A stretch of DNA of 64,000 nt from an uncultured Candidatus Saccharibacteria bacterium (GCA_964607655.1 CAZSKX010000001.1:232939-296938); one strand, 5' to 3'. Counted from the first letter of the stretch, positions 9,552-19,402 are shown. A program made the numbers and translations. Notes: generated by a model from the sequence alone, not told the origin.

Positions 9552-10619
9552 TTATGTTTGTTCAAAGAGCACACTGTATGAATCAGGATTATTTTTCTTC
9601 AAAAAATTCTTAAGACTCGCCAGTTCTCGCTCAGTGAGCGGCTCACTAACATCATCATTTTCATTCCATGGCACTACCCCTAACTCTTTCTTGCTTTTCG
9701 ATTGATCCTTCTGCCACTCTTCCAGAACGCGCTTCACCTTTACGCACTCACCAGCTAGATAGTCATCGTAGTGTTGCCTTAGGCTATTTGCCTCAACTTG
9801 CACCCTGAGATAGTTAGTTGGTATCTCGTTCTTCTCCAGCAGGCTTTCGTATCCATACCTCTCTTGATCTTTTGTGGCAAATGGCAGACGTCGAATGTGG
9901 TTAGTGTCATTTCCGAGCGGATCGAGAAACATATACTGGTGATACTCAAGATTGTCTTCGTCGATAAAGTTGTCCATCTTACGAGCAGTGCCCTGATCGA
10001 TATGCCTTTCCATCGACATGAGCATGAGTTCTTCCAGCGTCTTTCCTTTGGCATGTTCCCAGACTTCGGCCATAAGTTGTACCCGCATCCAAATGAAATC
10101 CTTATGTTTTTCCCCCGGGCCCCAGAGCAGATCCCACGCCTGTTTTCGTAAGTTTTCGTCGTCAGAGATGATCGCTTTCTGGATCATCTTGTACATATCG
10201 CTGTATGACATGCCTGCAAACTTCCTGACTCCATTTAATTCTTCTTCGCCGCCATCCCGTATTTTCTTAACAATTTCCTCGATTTCTCCGAATACCTTCT
10301 GATGCTTTGCTTTCTTCTGCTCAATTTCAGCTTTGCGATAAAAAATACTGCCAGCGTCCTCAACGGCATACAGTAACGCATCACCTTTAGAGCGGCTGAC
10401 TTCCTCAGCGTAATATTCGCCTCCGAGCGATATGATTATCAGAGGCTTTATCTCTTCAATTTTAGACTTCCAATCCTCTCGACTCGCAAAATGAATAGTG
10501 CCGATATCAAATTGTGACAAAAGCTCTTTAAAATATTTATCATCTCTAATCTCCCGAGCCTTTTTACCCGTTGTATCGGTAAGTGGAATATAGCCGATGA
10601 TAAGAGTATCGATCTGCAT
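9552..10619 (-). CDS. hypothetical protein (partner of the PD-(D/E)xK nuclease-like gene)
   Basis: 355 aa. The N-terminal ~90 aa looks like an alpha/beta Rossmann-like fold (IIGYIP...IIISLGGEY). Translationally coupled to the upstream nuclease-like gene (3-nt gap). Confidence 0.4.
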   Translation of the reverse strand: MQIDTLIIGYIPLTDTTGKKAREIRDDKYFKELLSQFDIGTIHFASREDWKSKIEEIKPLIIISLGGEYYAEEVSRSKGDALLYAVEDAGSIFYRKAEIEQKKAKHQKVFGEIEEIVKKIRDGGEEELNGVRKFAGMSYSDMYKMIQKAIISDDENLRKQAWDLLWGPGEKHKDFIWMRVQLMAEVWEHAKGKTLEELMLMSMERHIDQGTARKMDNFIDEDNLEYHQYMFLDPLGNDTNHIRRLPFATKDQERYGYESLLEKNEIPTNYLRVQVEANSLRQHYDDYLAGECVKVKRVLEEWQKDQSKSKKELGVVPWNENDDVSEPLTERELASLKNFLKKNNPDSYSVLFEQT

Positions 10620-10622
10620 AGG

Positions 10623-11216
10623 TCATAAAGAAGTTATTGTTATAGCCAGATCGGAAAACGCCACAGGATCTATGCCAAGTTTCTTCAGTTTGTTATACGA
10701 TATGCTGCCTCCGTTTTTGCTGACTTCTCTTACTTTTTCTTTCGTTAATACCCAAAAACACCACTGATCCATATCAATGATATCGAGCGTTGCATGATCC
10801 TGATGTTTGAATAGCGAGAGAATGTAGATATCAGATTTGTAATCCGACAATTGGTTGAGATCGGATAACTTTGCTACCGCTTCCGAATAGTACAATTCTC
10901 TTGCTTTAAGCCCCGACCACTGGATAGTGGAAAGTTTAGTTTGATCCCAATCCTGAATATATGAACAACACTTTACTTCTATCTTCTTCTCCTTATACAA
11001 AACGTCGTAGTCTCCCCAAGGACTACGTACATCAATCTCTGCATTTTCTTTTAAGGCATTCTCGACAATGAATTCAGCGAGCGCTCCACGAAGCACATTC
11101 GAATTAAGACTCGAGAAGCCATACTGCCAGAACTCTAATACCGAAAACTTTTTAGAGCCGACATTTTTAAATTGTTCACTACCCGTGAGTTTTCTCACGG
11201 GAATTCTTTTATACAT
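10623..11216 (-). CDS. PD-(D/E)xK nuclease-like protein (possible restriction endonuclease)
   Basis: 197 aa. The segment GDYDVLYKEKKIEVKC fits a D...E-x-K catalytic motif. Confidence 0.45.
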   Translation of the reverse strand: MYKRIPVRKLTGSEQFKNVGSKKFSVLEFWQYGFSSLNSNVLRGALAEFIVENALKENAEIDVRSPWGDYDVLYKEKKIEVKCCSYIQDWDQTKLSTIQWSGLKARELYYSEAVAKLSDLNQLSDYKSDIYILSLFKHQDHATLDIIDMDQWCFWVLTKEKVREVSKNGGSISYNKLKKLGIDPVAFSDLAITITSL

Positions 11217-11492
11217 AACGTTGATCGCGTTTTGTTAGTAACTCTCGATGGCCAGGTACACAAAAACCCGGACACCAAGGTGAGCCTTGCGGCCCCTACC
11301 AGAGTTTCCCCTGATAACGCGATCAACGCCCCTGATGCCGGGGTTTTTACGTTGATCGCGATTTGCAACCGTATCCTATAAAACTCAGTGTTCTTTAGGG
11401 GTTAGGTCGTCTTTTATTCAGTTGTACAGGTACATAGTAGCAAATTTTGCTACCGTTGACACCTTAGCTTAATAATTGAGGCTTGCGAAGTC

Positions 11493-11507
11493 TGAGTTAC
11501 CAACAGG
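11493..11507. repeat. 15-bp direct repeat CTGAGTTACCAACAG (copy 1; copy 2 at 17119-17133)
   Basis: Perfect 15-mer in both intergenic regions that bracket the RM operon. A third partial copy, GAGTTACCAAC, lies at 17184-17194. Confidence 0.5.
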
Positions 11508-11517
11508 TCAGCGGGGC

Positions 11518-14500
11518 TTAAGCTGAAATCAGAGTTCTGACTTTCGCATCAAGTCTATTAACAACATCCACTTGTTTTTCCAATGATTGAAGTAAGAACA
11601 GAAGGCGTTTTAAATGATTTTTTGTGAAGTTTGTTCTGGTATATGCGTGAGAATGCATCTTTAACCATTGTTGTAACACTTGATAACCACCAACTTGAAA
11701 ATCAAGAATCTCACAAGGAATTGGTTTTATTTCAAACTCGGAACGACCATCTTTTAAGATTATTGATTCGAACTCTTTATTAATCTTGAAATCAGTCATC
11801 TTTAAATCCTGAGCAAGTAAATTGAGATACTTGGAGTATTTTTCTTCGATAAAAATGTCTTCATCTTGAGTATGCCTCTCTTGCAGAGCAAGCTCTTCTC
11901 CCAGAGCAGCGATGCTATCAAATAGATCCTTAGACTCAGGTACTGGTATGCGAGGAGATTCGCTTCCTGAAGGAGTGAACAAAACTGGTTCAAACGCGTC
12001 CAAGTAAGCACTTGAGCAAAGAATTCCATACACATAAAACACTGCTTTATCGGGAGACTCTTCTCCGATCGTCGTCAAAAAATCCCTACTTACATTTACT
12101 TGTGGAGTATCATTCCAAGTCCTTCTTCCTTGTTTGTACTCAGGAAAGTAATTACAAAACACGTGTGCATTTCCACGCTTACTCAAATCATTATCTGGCA
12201 AATACCAACAAAAAGATGCAAAGCGGTGAAGCTCTTCCCCCAGATCTTTAGGGGACGGTGCAATAGCAATTCCAAAAGTTCTACTGTCTTTATATGCACT
12301 GACAATCTCAGGACGATAACGAGTTCCACCGCCCGGAGCACGGGCAAGAACACCTAATACATCTTCGGATATAAGTGCTGGGAGGTTTAGCATTGGTCTA
12401 TACGAATACATTGCAGCAGAATCTTCCCCGCGTTGTTGGAGGTTATTTTTGAATGCTGCACGCACCGTAGAAGAAAACTTTGCGGCTCCTGGTGGGCGAT
12501 CCTGTCCTCTATACCAACGAGAAAGGATTTCGGGGGTCTCAATTTCACTATTCGCTATATCAGAACTTCTCCTAAACAAGATCGGCTCATCGGCATGAAC
12601 GAACAAGCTTGAAGGAGCCAATTTCAAACCTGAGCAATGCCTATCAAATATGTACTTCTCTTCAGAGGATGTGTCGCTTTTATAGAGAGGCCAGAAGCTC
12701 GAATAAAGCTCACTATTAAAATCTTTGCGTGGCCTGAAAATTGGATCACTCACATCAGTGTCATAAGCATCAAACTTTTGAAGCATGCTTTCTCCTGCAT
12801 CGGCTTCTATATCAAAGAAGGCATTCTTCTCATCAATATTAAAATCAGCAATCGAAATATAGTTGTATAAGACAGATTCTTTATCAATTCTCTCTTGTTT
12901 TCTTAATGCAACAAAAAGAAGACGTCCCTGAAGTGTGTGGAATATGCTCGAGGAACGAACACCTGTTCTGCCGTCCTTATCGATATCAACCACCCAAAAT
13001 TTATCGAAATTCTTAGCAAACCATGTTCGTGCGTATTTATACGAAGGACTCTCGGCAAAAGAAGCGGGTAGCACTAAAGCAACAATGTTATTCCCGGTCT
13101 TGACGGCCTTATTTCCTGTCCATCGCAAAAACTTAACAAACTCATTCTGAAGCTGTTTTTGAGTATTTTGGCGGGTATTTCTTGCTTCAGTAGGCGGGCG
13201 AAAATCTTCAAGAAGGTTTTGGATGATACTGAAATCTTCACCATTACTATGAGAAAAGGAATCCGAAGATGGTGGATTTCCAATAATGAGAGTCAATGGT
13301 GGCTTTGCGAGATCTCTTGCTACTTTCTGTTCATCTTCAAACAAGTTTTGCTGCCCGCTTCCTGCTGGACCACTTTCTAATACGTCACTCAGGGTATTAG
13401 TTAAGACAATATTCACATCTGAATAATCGGGAGAAACTTTTGCAATTCTATAGTGTGCAAGCGCATACGGCGCTGGCAAGATTTCAAATCCAATAATGTT
13501 TGCATTACCACCACTTCGCACCGAAGAAAGTAAAAGTCTCTCCAAGAAAGAACCTGTTCCGCAACAGGGGTCGATAAGTCTGTTACCTCTGTCGTAAATA
13601 CTTCCTCCAAATTCTTTTCCGTTAATTTCTTCCACTAATGAAACAGTGTAGGCAGCAAGTTCTTTTGGCGTATAAAAAGCTCCATAATCAAAGCGTGTTT
13701 GAGGATCGAAGGCACCAAGAAAACGCTCGAAAAGTCCATGATAATCAGGAGTAGTGACCTGATCCTCTTTCAATTCAACGTGAGAAAGCATCAAGCAACA
13801 ATCTTCATACCAAACACCCAGAGCTCCAACAGAGGATATTTCCTCACGCAAGAGTTTGGTTAAGGCTCTGAATGGCTTAAGGTGTTGAGTGAACCTAGTA
13901 TCCAGATCTTCTAACCAAAATTCCTTTAATTTTGAATATCTGTCAGTGGGACTCATACTCTCAACTCCTAAAACTCTATGGGCATATATAAGTCCAAATA
14001 TTAAAACCTGAGAAACAAAAGCAGAAAAAACTTTTTTATCTCTCAATAAAGGATCATGGTGCTTTTGAACGATTCCTCTGAGTTGAGCCAATATCTCTAT
14101 TGCTTCGTTCTCAAGATCATTTAATCCTGCACCGCTACGCAAATCAGCCAAAGCTTCTATTTCACCTGCTAAAAATCTAGCGCGCATAGCACACTCCGCA
14201 ACGAGCTGTTGTTCTGAGATACGCCTTGCAGCAAGATTTCCAAAGAATTTTCCAAATTCTGTTTCAATCAAAGAAAGGTTGCTGGAAATTCTGCCTTCTA
14301 GAGATCCACTGACACCCTTATCAATCAAAGAGTATGCGCGATGAGACTTATCTGTTGGATCAAAGAAAATAAACTCGACACCATCAGTCAGGATAACCCT
14401 ATAACCAAGTGAAAGGTATTTTTCAACCTGCTCTATGTAATCTTCAACCTTGATTGATTTGTCTTCTGAAAATGCTTTCGCCTCAACATATCCATAAATC

Positions 14501-14733
14501 CCTAAGCTGCGCTTATCATAAAACCTCCAGTCGGGTCTACCTGCACGAGCTTGCTGGCGTGGCTCATACACACTGGCAATATCACTGTCAAATTCCTTCA
14601 TTACATCAGAAAAGTAATCATTTAATGAGGGTCGATAAGAAAGCTCACCGGTCATCTCATTCACCCTTTGAGATTCTTGATGAAACCTTTGCAACGACTT
14701 AATGTATTTTTCTGTTACAGCTCGAAACGCCAT
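11518..14733 (-). CDS. Type IIG/IIL restriction-modification fusion enzyme (MmeI-like: N-terminal PD-ExK nuclease + gamma-class N6-adenine MTase domain + C-terminal target-recognition region)
   Basis: 1071 aa. N-terminal RPDWRFYDK...YGYVEAKAF (D...E-x-K). Motif X FYTP (DYGAFYTPKELA), motif I DPCCGTGSFL and a motif IV position reading IIGNPPSSDSF (NPPS rather than NPPY/F). The length and domain order match MmeI, BREX-PglX and Type IIG enzymes. Confidence 0.75.
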   Translation of the reverse strand: MAFRAVTEKYIKSLQRFHQESQRVNEMTGELSYRPSLNDYFSDVMKEFDSDIASVYEPRQQARAGRPDWRFYDKRSLGIYGYVEAKAFSEDKSIKVEDYIEQVEKYLSLGYRVILTDGVEFIFFDPTDKSHRAYSLIDKGVSGSLEGRISSNLSLIETEFGKFFGNLAARRISEQQLVAECAMRARFLAGEIEALADLRSGAGLNDLENEAIEILAQLRGIVQKHHDPLLRDKKVFSAFVSQVLIFGLIYAHRVLGVESMSPTDRYSKLKEFWLEDLDTRFTQHLKPFRALTKLLREEISSVGALGVWYEDCCLMLSHVELKEDQVTTPDYHGLFERFLGAFDPQTRFDYGAFYTPKELAAYTVSLVEEINGKEFGGSIYDRGNRLIDPCCGTGSFLERLLLSSVRSGGNANIIGFEILPAPYALAHYRIAKVSPDYSDVNIVLTNTLSDVLESGPAGSGQQNLFEDEQKVARDLAKPPLTLIIGNPPSSDSFSHSNGEDFSIIQNLLEDFRPPTEARNTRQNTQKQLQNEFVKFLRWTGNKAVKTGNNIVALVLPASFAESPSYKYARTWFAKNFDKFWVVDIDKDGRTGVRSSSIFHTLQGRLLFVALRKQERIDKESVLYNYISIADFNIDEKNAFFDIEADAGESMLQKFDAYDTDVSDPIFRPRKDFNSELYSSFWPLYKSDTSSEEKYIFDRHCSGLKLAPSSLFVHADEPILFRRSSDIANSEIETPEILSRWYRGQDRPPGAAKFSSTVRAAFKNNLQQRGEDSAAMYSYRPMLNLPALISEDVLGVLARAPGGGTRYRPEIVSAYKDSRTFGIAIAPSPKDLGEELHRFASFCWYLPDNDLSKRGNAHVFCNYFPEYKQGRRTWNDTPQVNVSRDFLTTIGEESPDKAVFYVYGILCSSAYLDAFEPVLFTPSGSESPRIPVPESKDLFDSIAALGEELALQERHTQDEDIFIEEKYSKYLNLLAQDLKMTDFKINKEFESIILKDGRSEFEIKPIPCEILDFQVGGYQVLQQWLKMHSHAYTRTNFTKNHLKRLLFLLQSLEKQVDVVNRLDAKVRTLISA

Positions 14734-14734
14734 A

Positions 14735-15787
14735 TTATTTACCTTTATAATACTTCAAAATCTGCCTTCCGACGACTTCTGCTAATTTAGGAGGCACGGC
14801 ATTTCCAATCTGACGAGCAATATCCACTTTTGTTCCCGCAAACTGAAAGTCCTTAGGAAATGTTTGTAGTAAGGCACCTTCTCTAAGGGTGATACTTCTA
14901 TCTTGCTGAGGGTGTCCAAACTTACCACGAGTAAAACTATCAAATCGTGCCGTTATGGTCGGAGCAACATCATTCCACGCCATTCTTCCATACACGTTTC
15001 TATGGCCGATCTTGTCAGCCCCAGCCTTATGGCAATCGGCCAAAAGATCTTTCGGTAAATACTCCATTCCTTGACCGGGCTTTAGTGCACGGATACGAGC
15101 TAAATTGAGAGAACTTAGCTTATCTCTTCGATGATGAGCGATTTTCGGATGGTCAGTCCCGTCTATTGGTGGTTCAGGTAACTTTGATAAAACATCCTCA
15201 ACAGTTACTCGTGTTTTCTTAGTGGTAATCGGTTGAGGAAAGGAAAACTCACCCTTATGGATATCATCTCTAACACCGACAACAAAAACACGTTTGCGTC
15301 TTTGGGGAACACCATAGTCTTCAGCATTCAGCACCTTTAAATATGGATAATAACCCTCGTTTTTTACACTTGCTAAAAATGAATCCAAGATGGGCTTACC
15401 TCGAACACCCATAAGTCCAGGAACATTCTCCATTAGAAAAAACTTGGGACGAAGTTCTGAGATTAATTTTAGATATGCAAGAACAAGATCATTTCTTGCG
15501 TCTGTGTTTGAACCCACCCGTTGGATAGAAAAGCCTTGGCATGGTGGACCTCCTGCCAACAAAAAAAGTTCTCCCTTTTTTAAACCAATCTTCTTTGTAA
15601 AAGATTTACCTTTCAAAAGGTGATATATATCTGCGACGTCTGCTTCGTGGTCGAAATTGATTTTTTGAGTTTGTATGGAAACAGGATCATTATCAAATGA
15701 GTACAGAACATCGAAACCAGCCTTGGTTAGACCAAGTGACAACCCTCCAGCTCCTGAAAATCCATCTATACATGTGTATTTGCTCAT
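14735..15787 (-). CDS. DNA (cytosine-5)-methyltransferase
   Basis: Motif I FSGAGG, motif IV GPPCQGFS, motif VI ENV. 350 aa. Overlaps the upstream MTase by 4 nt and ends 2 nt before the RM fusion start. Confidence 0.92.
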   Translation of the reverse strand: MSKYTCIDGFSGAGGLSLGLTKAGFDVLYSFDNDPVSIQTQKINFDHEADVADIYHLLKGKSFTKKIGLKKGELFLLAGGPPCQGFSIQRVGSNTDARNDLVLAYLKLISELRPKFFLMENVPGLMGVRGKPILDSFLASVKNEGYYPYLKVLNAEDYGVPQRRKRVFVVGVRDDIHKGEFSFPQPITTKKTRVTVEDVLSKLPEPPIDGTDHPKIAHHRRDKLSSLNLARIRALKPGQGMEYLPKDLLADCHKAGADKIGHRNVYGRMAWNDVAPTITARFDSFTRGKFGHPQQDRSITLREGALLQTFPKDFQFAGTKVDIARQIGNAVPPKLAEVVGRQILKYYKGK

Positions 15788-17082
15788 GAGATTAAATCCT
15801 TAACACCAGAAGTCATACTCTTATACGAATTGCTGACAGCTTTAATGGTGTAGTTATCTTGTACTTTGCGCTCTTCACTATCTGGAGAAGTAGAGATCAG
15901 TTCGATGAATACACTTGCCGCTACCGCACAAGAGAACTTTGGAGGCACAGCCTCACCGATTTGCTTGAACATCGAGTCAAACTTTCCAGCAAACTGAAAA
16001 TCATCTGGAAAAGTTTGCAAGCGGGCAACCTCTCGAATTGAAAGACCGCGGTCTTGTTCAGGATGCACATATCTACCACTAGCAGGGTTTCGTGCGTACT
16101 GAGTTATCGTGATAGAAGGACGCTCCCAACTTAGTCGACCATAAACGTCACTAAATCCCTTAACTCGATCGAGACATTTAGGACCAATTCCTTTTGGTCT
16201 ATTTCCACCATTCTTTGGTACAGACTGTATGACTTTTACGGTTTCTGGCTTATGCCGCGCAGACACATGATAAGCATCCTGTATTGGTCTTTCCCCTGGA
16301 GTTATCGCTGGTAGGTCTCCAATAGCATCTCGAACTGTAAGAAACTTATCTTTTGCGTACAACTCCTCTGGTAGCAGAAAATCTTTTTTCATCGCAACAC
16401 TTAGTAAACGATAGCGTTCCTGCGGTACACCAAAAGCAGCAGTATTGTAAATTTTCTGATGAACAGTGTAGCCAGATTTCTCAAAGATTCGTTTAGCACT
16501 TTGATAGTAGCTTTCGTATTTATTGGAAAACATATCCGGAACATTTTCCATCACAACACATGCAGGTTTTAGCTGTACTGCTATTGAGGCAAAGATAGAG
16601 ACTAGATCATTTCTAGGATCTCGTTCCTCCCAGTTCTTCTTTCGATGGGATGTGAATCCCTGACAAGGACTACATCCGATCACGACAAGAGGTTTTTTAG
16701 GATTGTAACCGACATCTTTTAAAAACTTCTTTAGCTCTTCAGGTTTTGATAGCTTACGGATGTCCTGAACCATTCCGTGGGCTCCGTAATTCTTCGTATA
16801 GGATTGCGTTGCGTCTTCATTGATATCAACACCTGCAAGAAATTTGAAAGAGCCTGGAATAGTTTTTGCAACCATCGCAAAACCAGCTGTCATTCCTCCA
16901 GCACCACTGAAAAAGTCGAGGACTTGAAACTCACCATCGTTTGGGAGAGCCTTTTGAGAAAAACTTTTCTGAAGAAGCTTGTGTGCGGCTTTTGTGAGCG
17001 TCTTTTTTTGTGTACGTAAATCTGCCTTTACCCCTTTCCCAGACCTCTTAAACGTATTGAAATTTTTGATGAGGTCTTTCAT
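15784..17082 (-). CDS. DNA (cytosine-5)-methyltransferase (second copy, different sequence)
   Basis: Motif I FFSGAGGM, PCQ motif GCSPCQGFT, ENV motif VMENVPD. 432 aa. Confidence 0.9.
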   Translation of the reverse strand: MKDLIKNFNTFKRSGKGVKADLRTQKKTLTKAAHKLLQKSFSQKALPNDGEFQVLDFFSGAGGMTAGFAMVAKTIPGSFKFLAGVDINEDATQSYTKNYGAHGMVQDIRKLSKPEELKKFLKDVGYNPKKPLVVIGCSPCQGFTSHRKKNWEERDPRNDLVSIFASIAVQLKPACVVMENVPDMFSNKYESYYQSAKRIFEKSGYTVHQKIYNTAAFGVPQERYRLLSVAMKKDFLLPEELYAKDKFLTVRDAIGDLPAITPGERPIQDAYHVSARHKPETVKVIQSVPKNGGNRPKGIGPKCLDRVKGFSDVYGRLSWERPSITITQYARNPASGRYVHPEQDRGLSIREVARLQTFPDDFQFAGKFDSMFKQIGEAVPPKFSCAVAASVFIELISTSPDSEERKVQDNYTIKAVSNSYKSMTSGVKDLIS

Positions 17083-17118
17083 GTAAATAGTATAGCACGC
17101 GTGTCAGCCTAAAACAGG

Positions 17119-17133
17119 CTGAGTTACCAACAG
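17119..17133. repeat. 15-bp direct repeat CTGAGTTACCAACAG (copy 2)
   Basis: Identical to 11493-11507. Lies in the divergent promoter region between the MTase operon and the serine recombinase. An adjacent hairpin GTCAGCCTAAAACAGGCTGAG is present. Confidence 0.5.
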
Positions 17134-17241
17134 TTATCCACATCAAAACTCTAAAGGGAGAAATCGAAGCTTCCTATCTATTCGAGTTACCAACTTCGGA
17201 CGCTCTAGACTCCTAAAGGGATCAGCGTCATCAATGTATGC

Positions 17242-18573
17242 ATGAGAAATACAACAAAACAAAAGCCGGAGATGGGACTGCCTCAAGAGGTCACCTCGCC
17301 GAAGATTAGATACTGTCTCTATGCCCGCAAATCAACAGAACAAGAGGACAAGCAAGCATTATCAATCGAATCGCAAGTTAAGGAGATGCAAGCTCTCGCA
17401 GAACGTGAGGGATTGGAAATAGTCGAGATCAAGCGAGAAGCACACTCCTCTAAGGAGGTTGGACAGAGACCTGTCTATAACGAACTTCTTAGCGAAATCA
17501 GGAAAGGTAAATTTAGTGGCATCCTGACGTGGGCACCTGACCGCCTATCGAGAAATGCTGGTGACCTAGGAAGTGTGGTTGACTTGATGGATCAGAAGCT
17601 TCTGCACGAGATACGTACCTATGGACAGAAGTTCACGAACAATCCAAATGAGAAATTCCTTCTAATGATTCTCGGCTCGCAGGCAAAGCTAGAGAATGAC
17701 AATAAGATGGTGAATGTAAAGCGAGGGCTTCGAGCAAGATGCGAAATGGGCCTCTGGCCATCAGTACCACCGACAGGATACTTGAGTAATCCTGACCGAA
17801 ACAGGAAGTGTGAAGTAATAATTGATCCGATAAGAGGTCAGGTTATCAGACAAATGTTTGAAAAAGTCGCATACGACGGATGGTCTGGCAGAAGGCTCTT
17901 CAAATGGCTAAAGGATGACATTAGGTTCAAGACGAAGCATGGCAAACCACTGACACTAAGTAACATTTACATAATTCTCAAAAGCACTTTCTACTACGGA
18001 GAATTTGAATATCCTAAAGGAAGCGGACAATGGTATGTCGGGAAGCACGAGCCGATTATCACAAAAGATTTATATAACCAAGTACAGGACAAGATAAGCA
18101 ACGACCACCTTACAAGGATTCAGGATAAAGAGTTCGCCTTTACCAAGATGATCACCTGTGGACTATGCGGATCTGGAATAACAGCTGATGAGAAATTCAA
18201 AAAGCTCAAGGACGGAACAACAAATCGCTACGTCTACTATGGATGCACGAAATTTAGAGATAAGGACTGCCCATGCGGATATATACGAGAGGAAGACTTA
18301 ATTGAGCAACTAGCAAATATCCTGAATACCGTGTCGCTGAACGAGATCGGAATGAAAGATAAGATCAAAGCTGAAATCGAATCCCACAATGAATTCCAAG
18401 AATCAGTACTGGGACGGGAGGTTAAAGAGAAAATAAAGATCAAAGATATCGACATCAGGAACTACGCGAAGCATATTCTAAGAAAAAGACCACTGTATGA
18501 GAAGCGAGAGCTGCTTAGTCATCTGAGAAGCAAGCTAATTCTGAAAGAGAAGCAATTGAGCCTAGTAAGCTAA
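17242..18573 (+). CDS. large serine recombinase (resolvase/invertase catalytic domain + recombinase domain + zinc ribbon)
   Basis: N-terminal YARKSTEQEDKQALSIESQ (catalytic Ser region) and GILTWAPDRLSRN. Central recombinase domain. CGLCGS...YYGCTKFRDKDCPCG zinc ribbon. Confidence 0.9.
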   Translation: MRNTTKQKPEMGLPQEVTSPKIRYCLYARKSTEQEDKQALSIESQVKEMQALAEREGLEIVEIKREAHSSKEVGQRPVYNELLSEIRKGKFSGILTWAPDRLSRNAGDLGSVVDLMDQKLLHEIRTYGQKFTNNPNEKFLLMILGSQAKLENDNKMVNVKRGLRARCEMGLWPSVPPTGYLSNPDRNRKCEVIIDPIRGQVIRQMFEKVAYDGWSGRRLFKWLKDDIRFKTKHGKPLTLSNIYIILKSTFYYGEFEYPKGSGQWYVGKHEPIITKDLYNQVQDKISNDHLTRIQDKEFAFTKMITCGLCGSGITADEKFKKLKDGTTNRYVYYGCTKFRDKDCPCGYIREEDLIEQLANILNTVSLNEIGMKDKIKAEIESHNEFQESVLGREVKEKIKIKDIDIRNYAKHILRKRPLYEKRELLSHLRSKLILKEKQLSLVS

Positions 18574-18575
18574 CT

Positions 18576-19343
18576 CTACCAACTCATACCCACAGACTGC
18601 TTTATTGCCAATAAATCACTAGTATATTTTTCAGGAAAGACTCTTGTATCTATAAGCTGTTGGTAAAATTTGATATAGATCTCTAGGAAATACTCTAATG
18701 CCCAACAAGTTGTAATTTCTACATCATCAACAAATGTATGCTGACTACCTAGACGAAGATGATTTGATTCACTGTAAAGAGCATAGATGCTATACATGGC
18801 TGATCCCTTTAAATCTTTAAGATTGAGCGAGCTTTTATCGCACAAATCCTTTATCGAAGGAAACACTCTTGTATTGGACTTTATTTTAGTTAGATCAAAA
18901 TCGGTCTTAAGAATTTTATTTACAACACCAACAGCTTTTAGTGTCTTATGCATATCATGTTCCTCCGTTGGAGGAATTGCTACATCAATCGCAGCTCCGA
19001 TCTGTGCCATATCCCGAGAAAGTAACTCGAGTACTTTATGGCTATCCTCTTTTGCCAATCTCAATATATATTCCAAGTAAAAAATAACCTCAAACGAACC
19101 TCTTACGGCAAAGAAAACATACTTCTGATTAAAATCATCTTTTAGAAGATACTGAAAAAGCTTAGATAGACCTATAATTTCTTTATGGAAATGCTGAACA
19201 TAAGCATATTCGAGGTGTCCACCATTGGTCTTGTGTTGGTTAGAGATGTTCTGTATTTGAGAACTAAACTCAGCAGAAAAATCATCTACTTTTTTAAGAG
19301 CAGTCTTGAGTAGGGAGATCTTATTTTGTGTAGACAATTCCAT
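18576..19343 (-). CDS. hypothetical protein (AT-rich island cargo)
   Basis: 255-aa ORF. No recognisable motif. Confidence 0.4.
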   Translation of the reverse strand: MELSTQNKISLLKTALKKVDDFSAEFSSQIQNISNQHKTNGGHLEYAYVQHFHKEIIGLSKLFQYLLKDDFNQKYVFFAVRGSFEVIFYLEYILRLAKEDSHKVLELLSRDMAQIGAAIDVAIPPTEEHDMHKTLKAVGVVNKILKTDFDLTKIKSNTRVFPSIKDLCDKSSLNLKDLKGSAMYSIYALYSESNHLRLGSQHTFVDDVEITTCWALEYFLEIYIKFYQQLIDTRVFPEKYTSDLLAIKQSVGMSW

Positions 19344-19371
19344 AACACAATTTTATCATTTTTGAAGTATA

Positions 19372-19402
19372 AACATAAAAGCACCCGATCGGGTGCTTTT
19401 AT
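19372..19402. terminator. bidirectional rho-independent terminator (hairpin GCACCCGATCGGGTGC flanked by an A-run and a T-run)
   Basis: Read directly from the sequence. It lies downstream of the tRNA-Gln 3' end (minus strand) and downstream of island genes. Confidence 0.7.
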
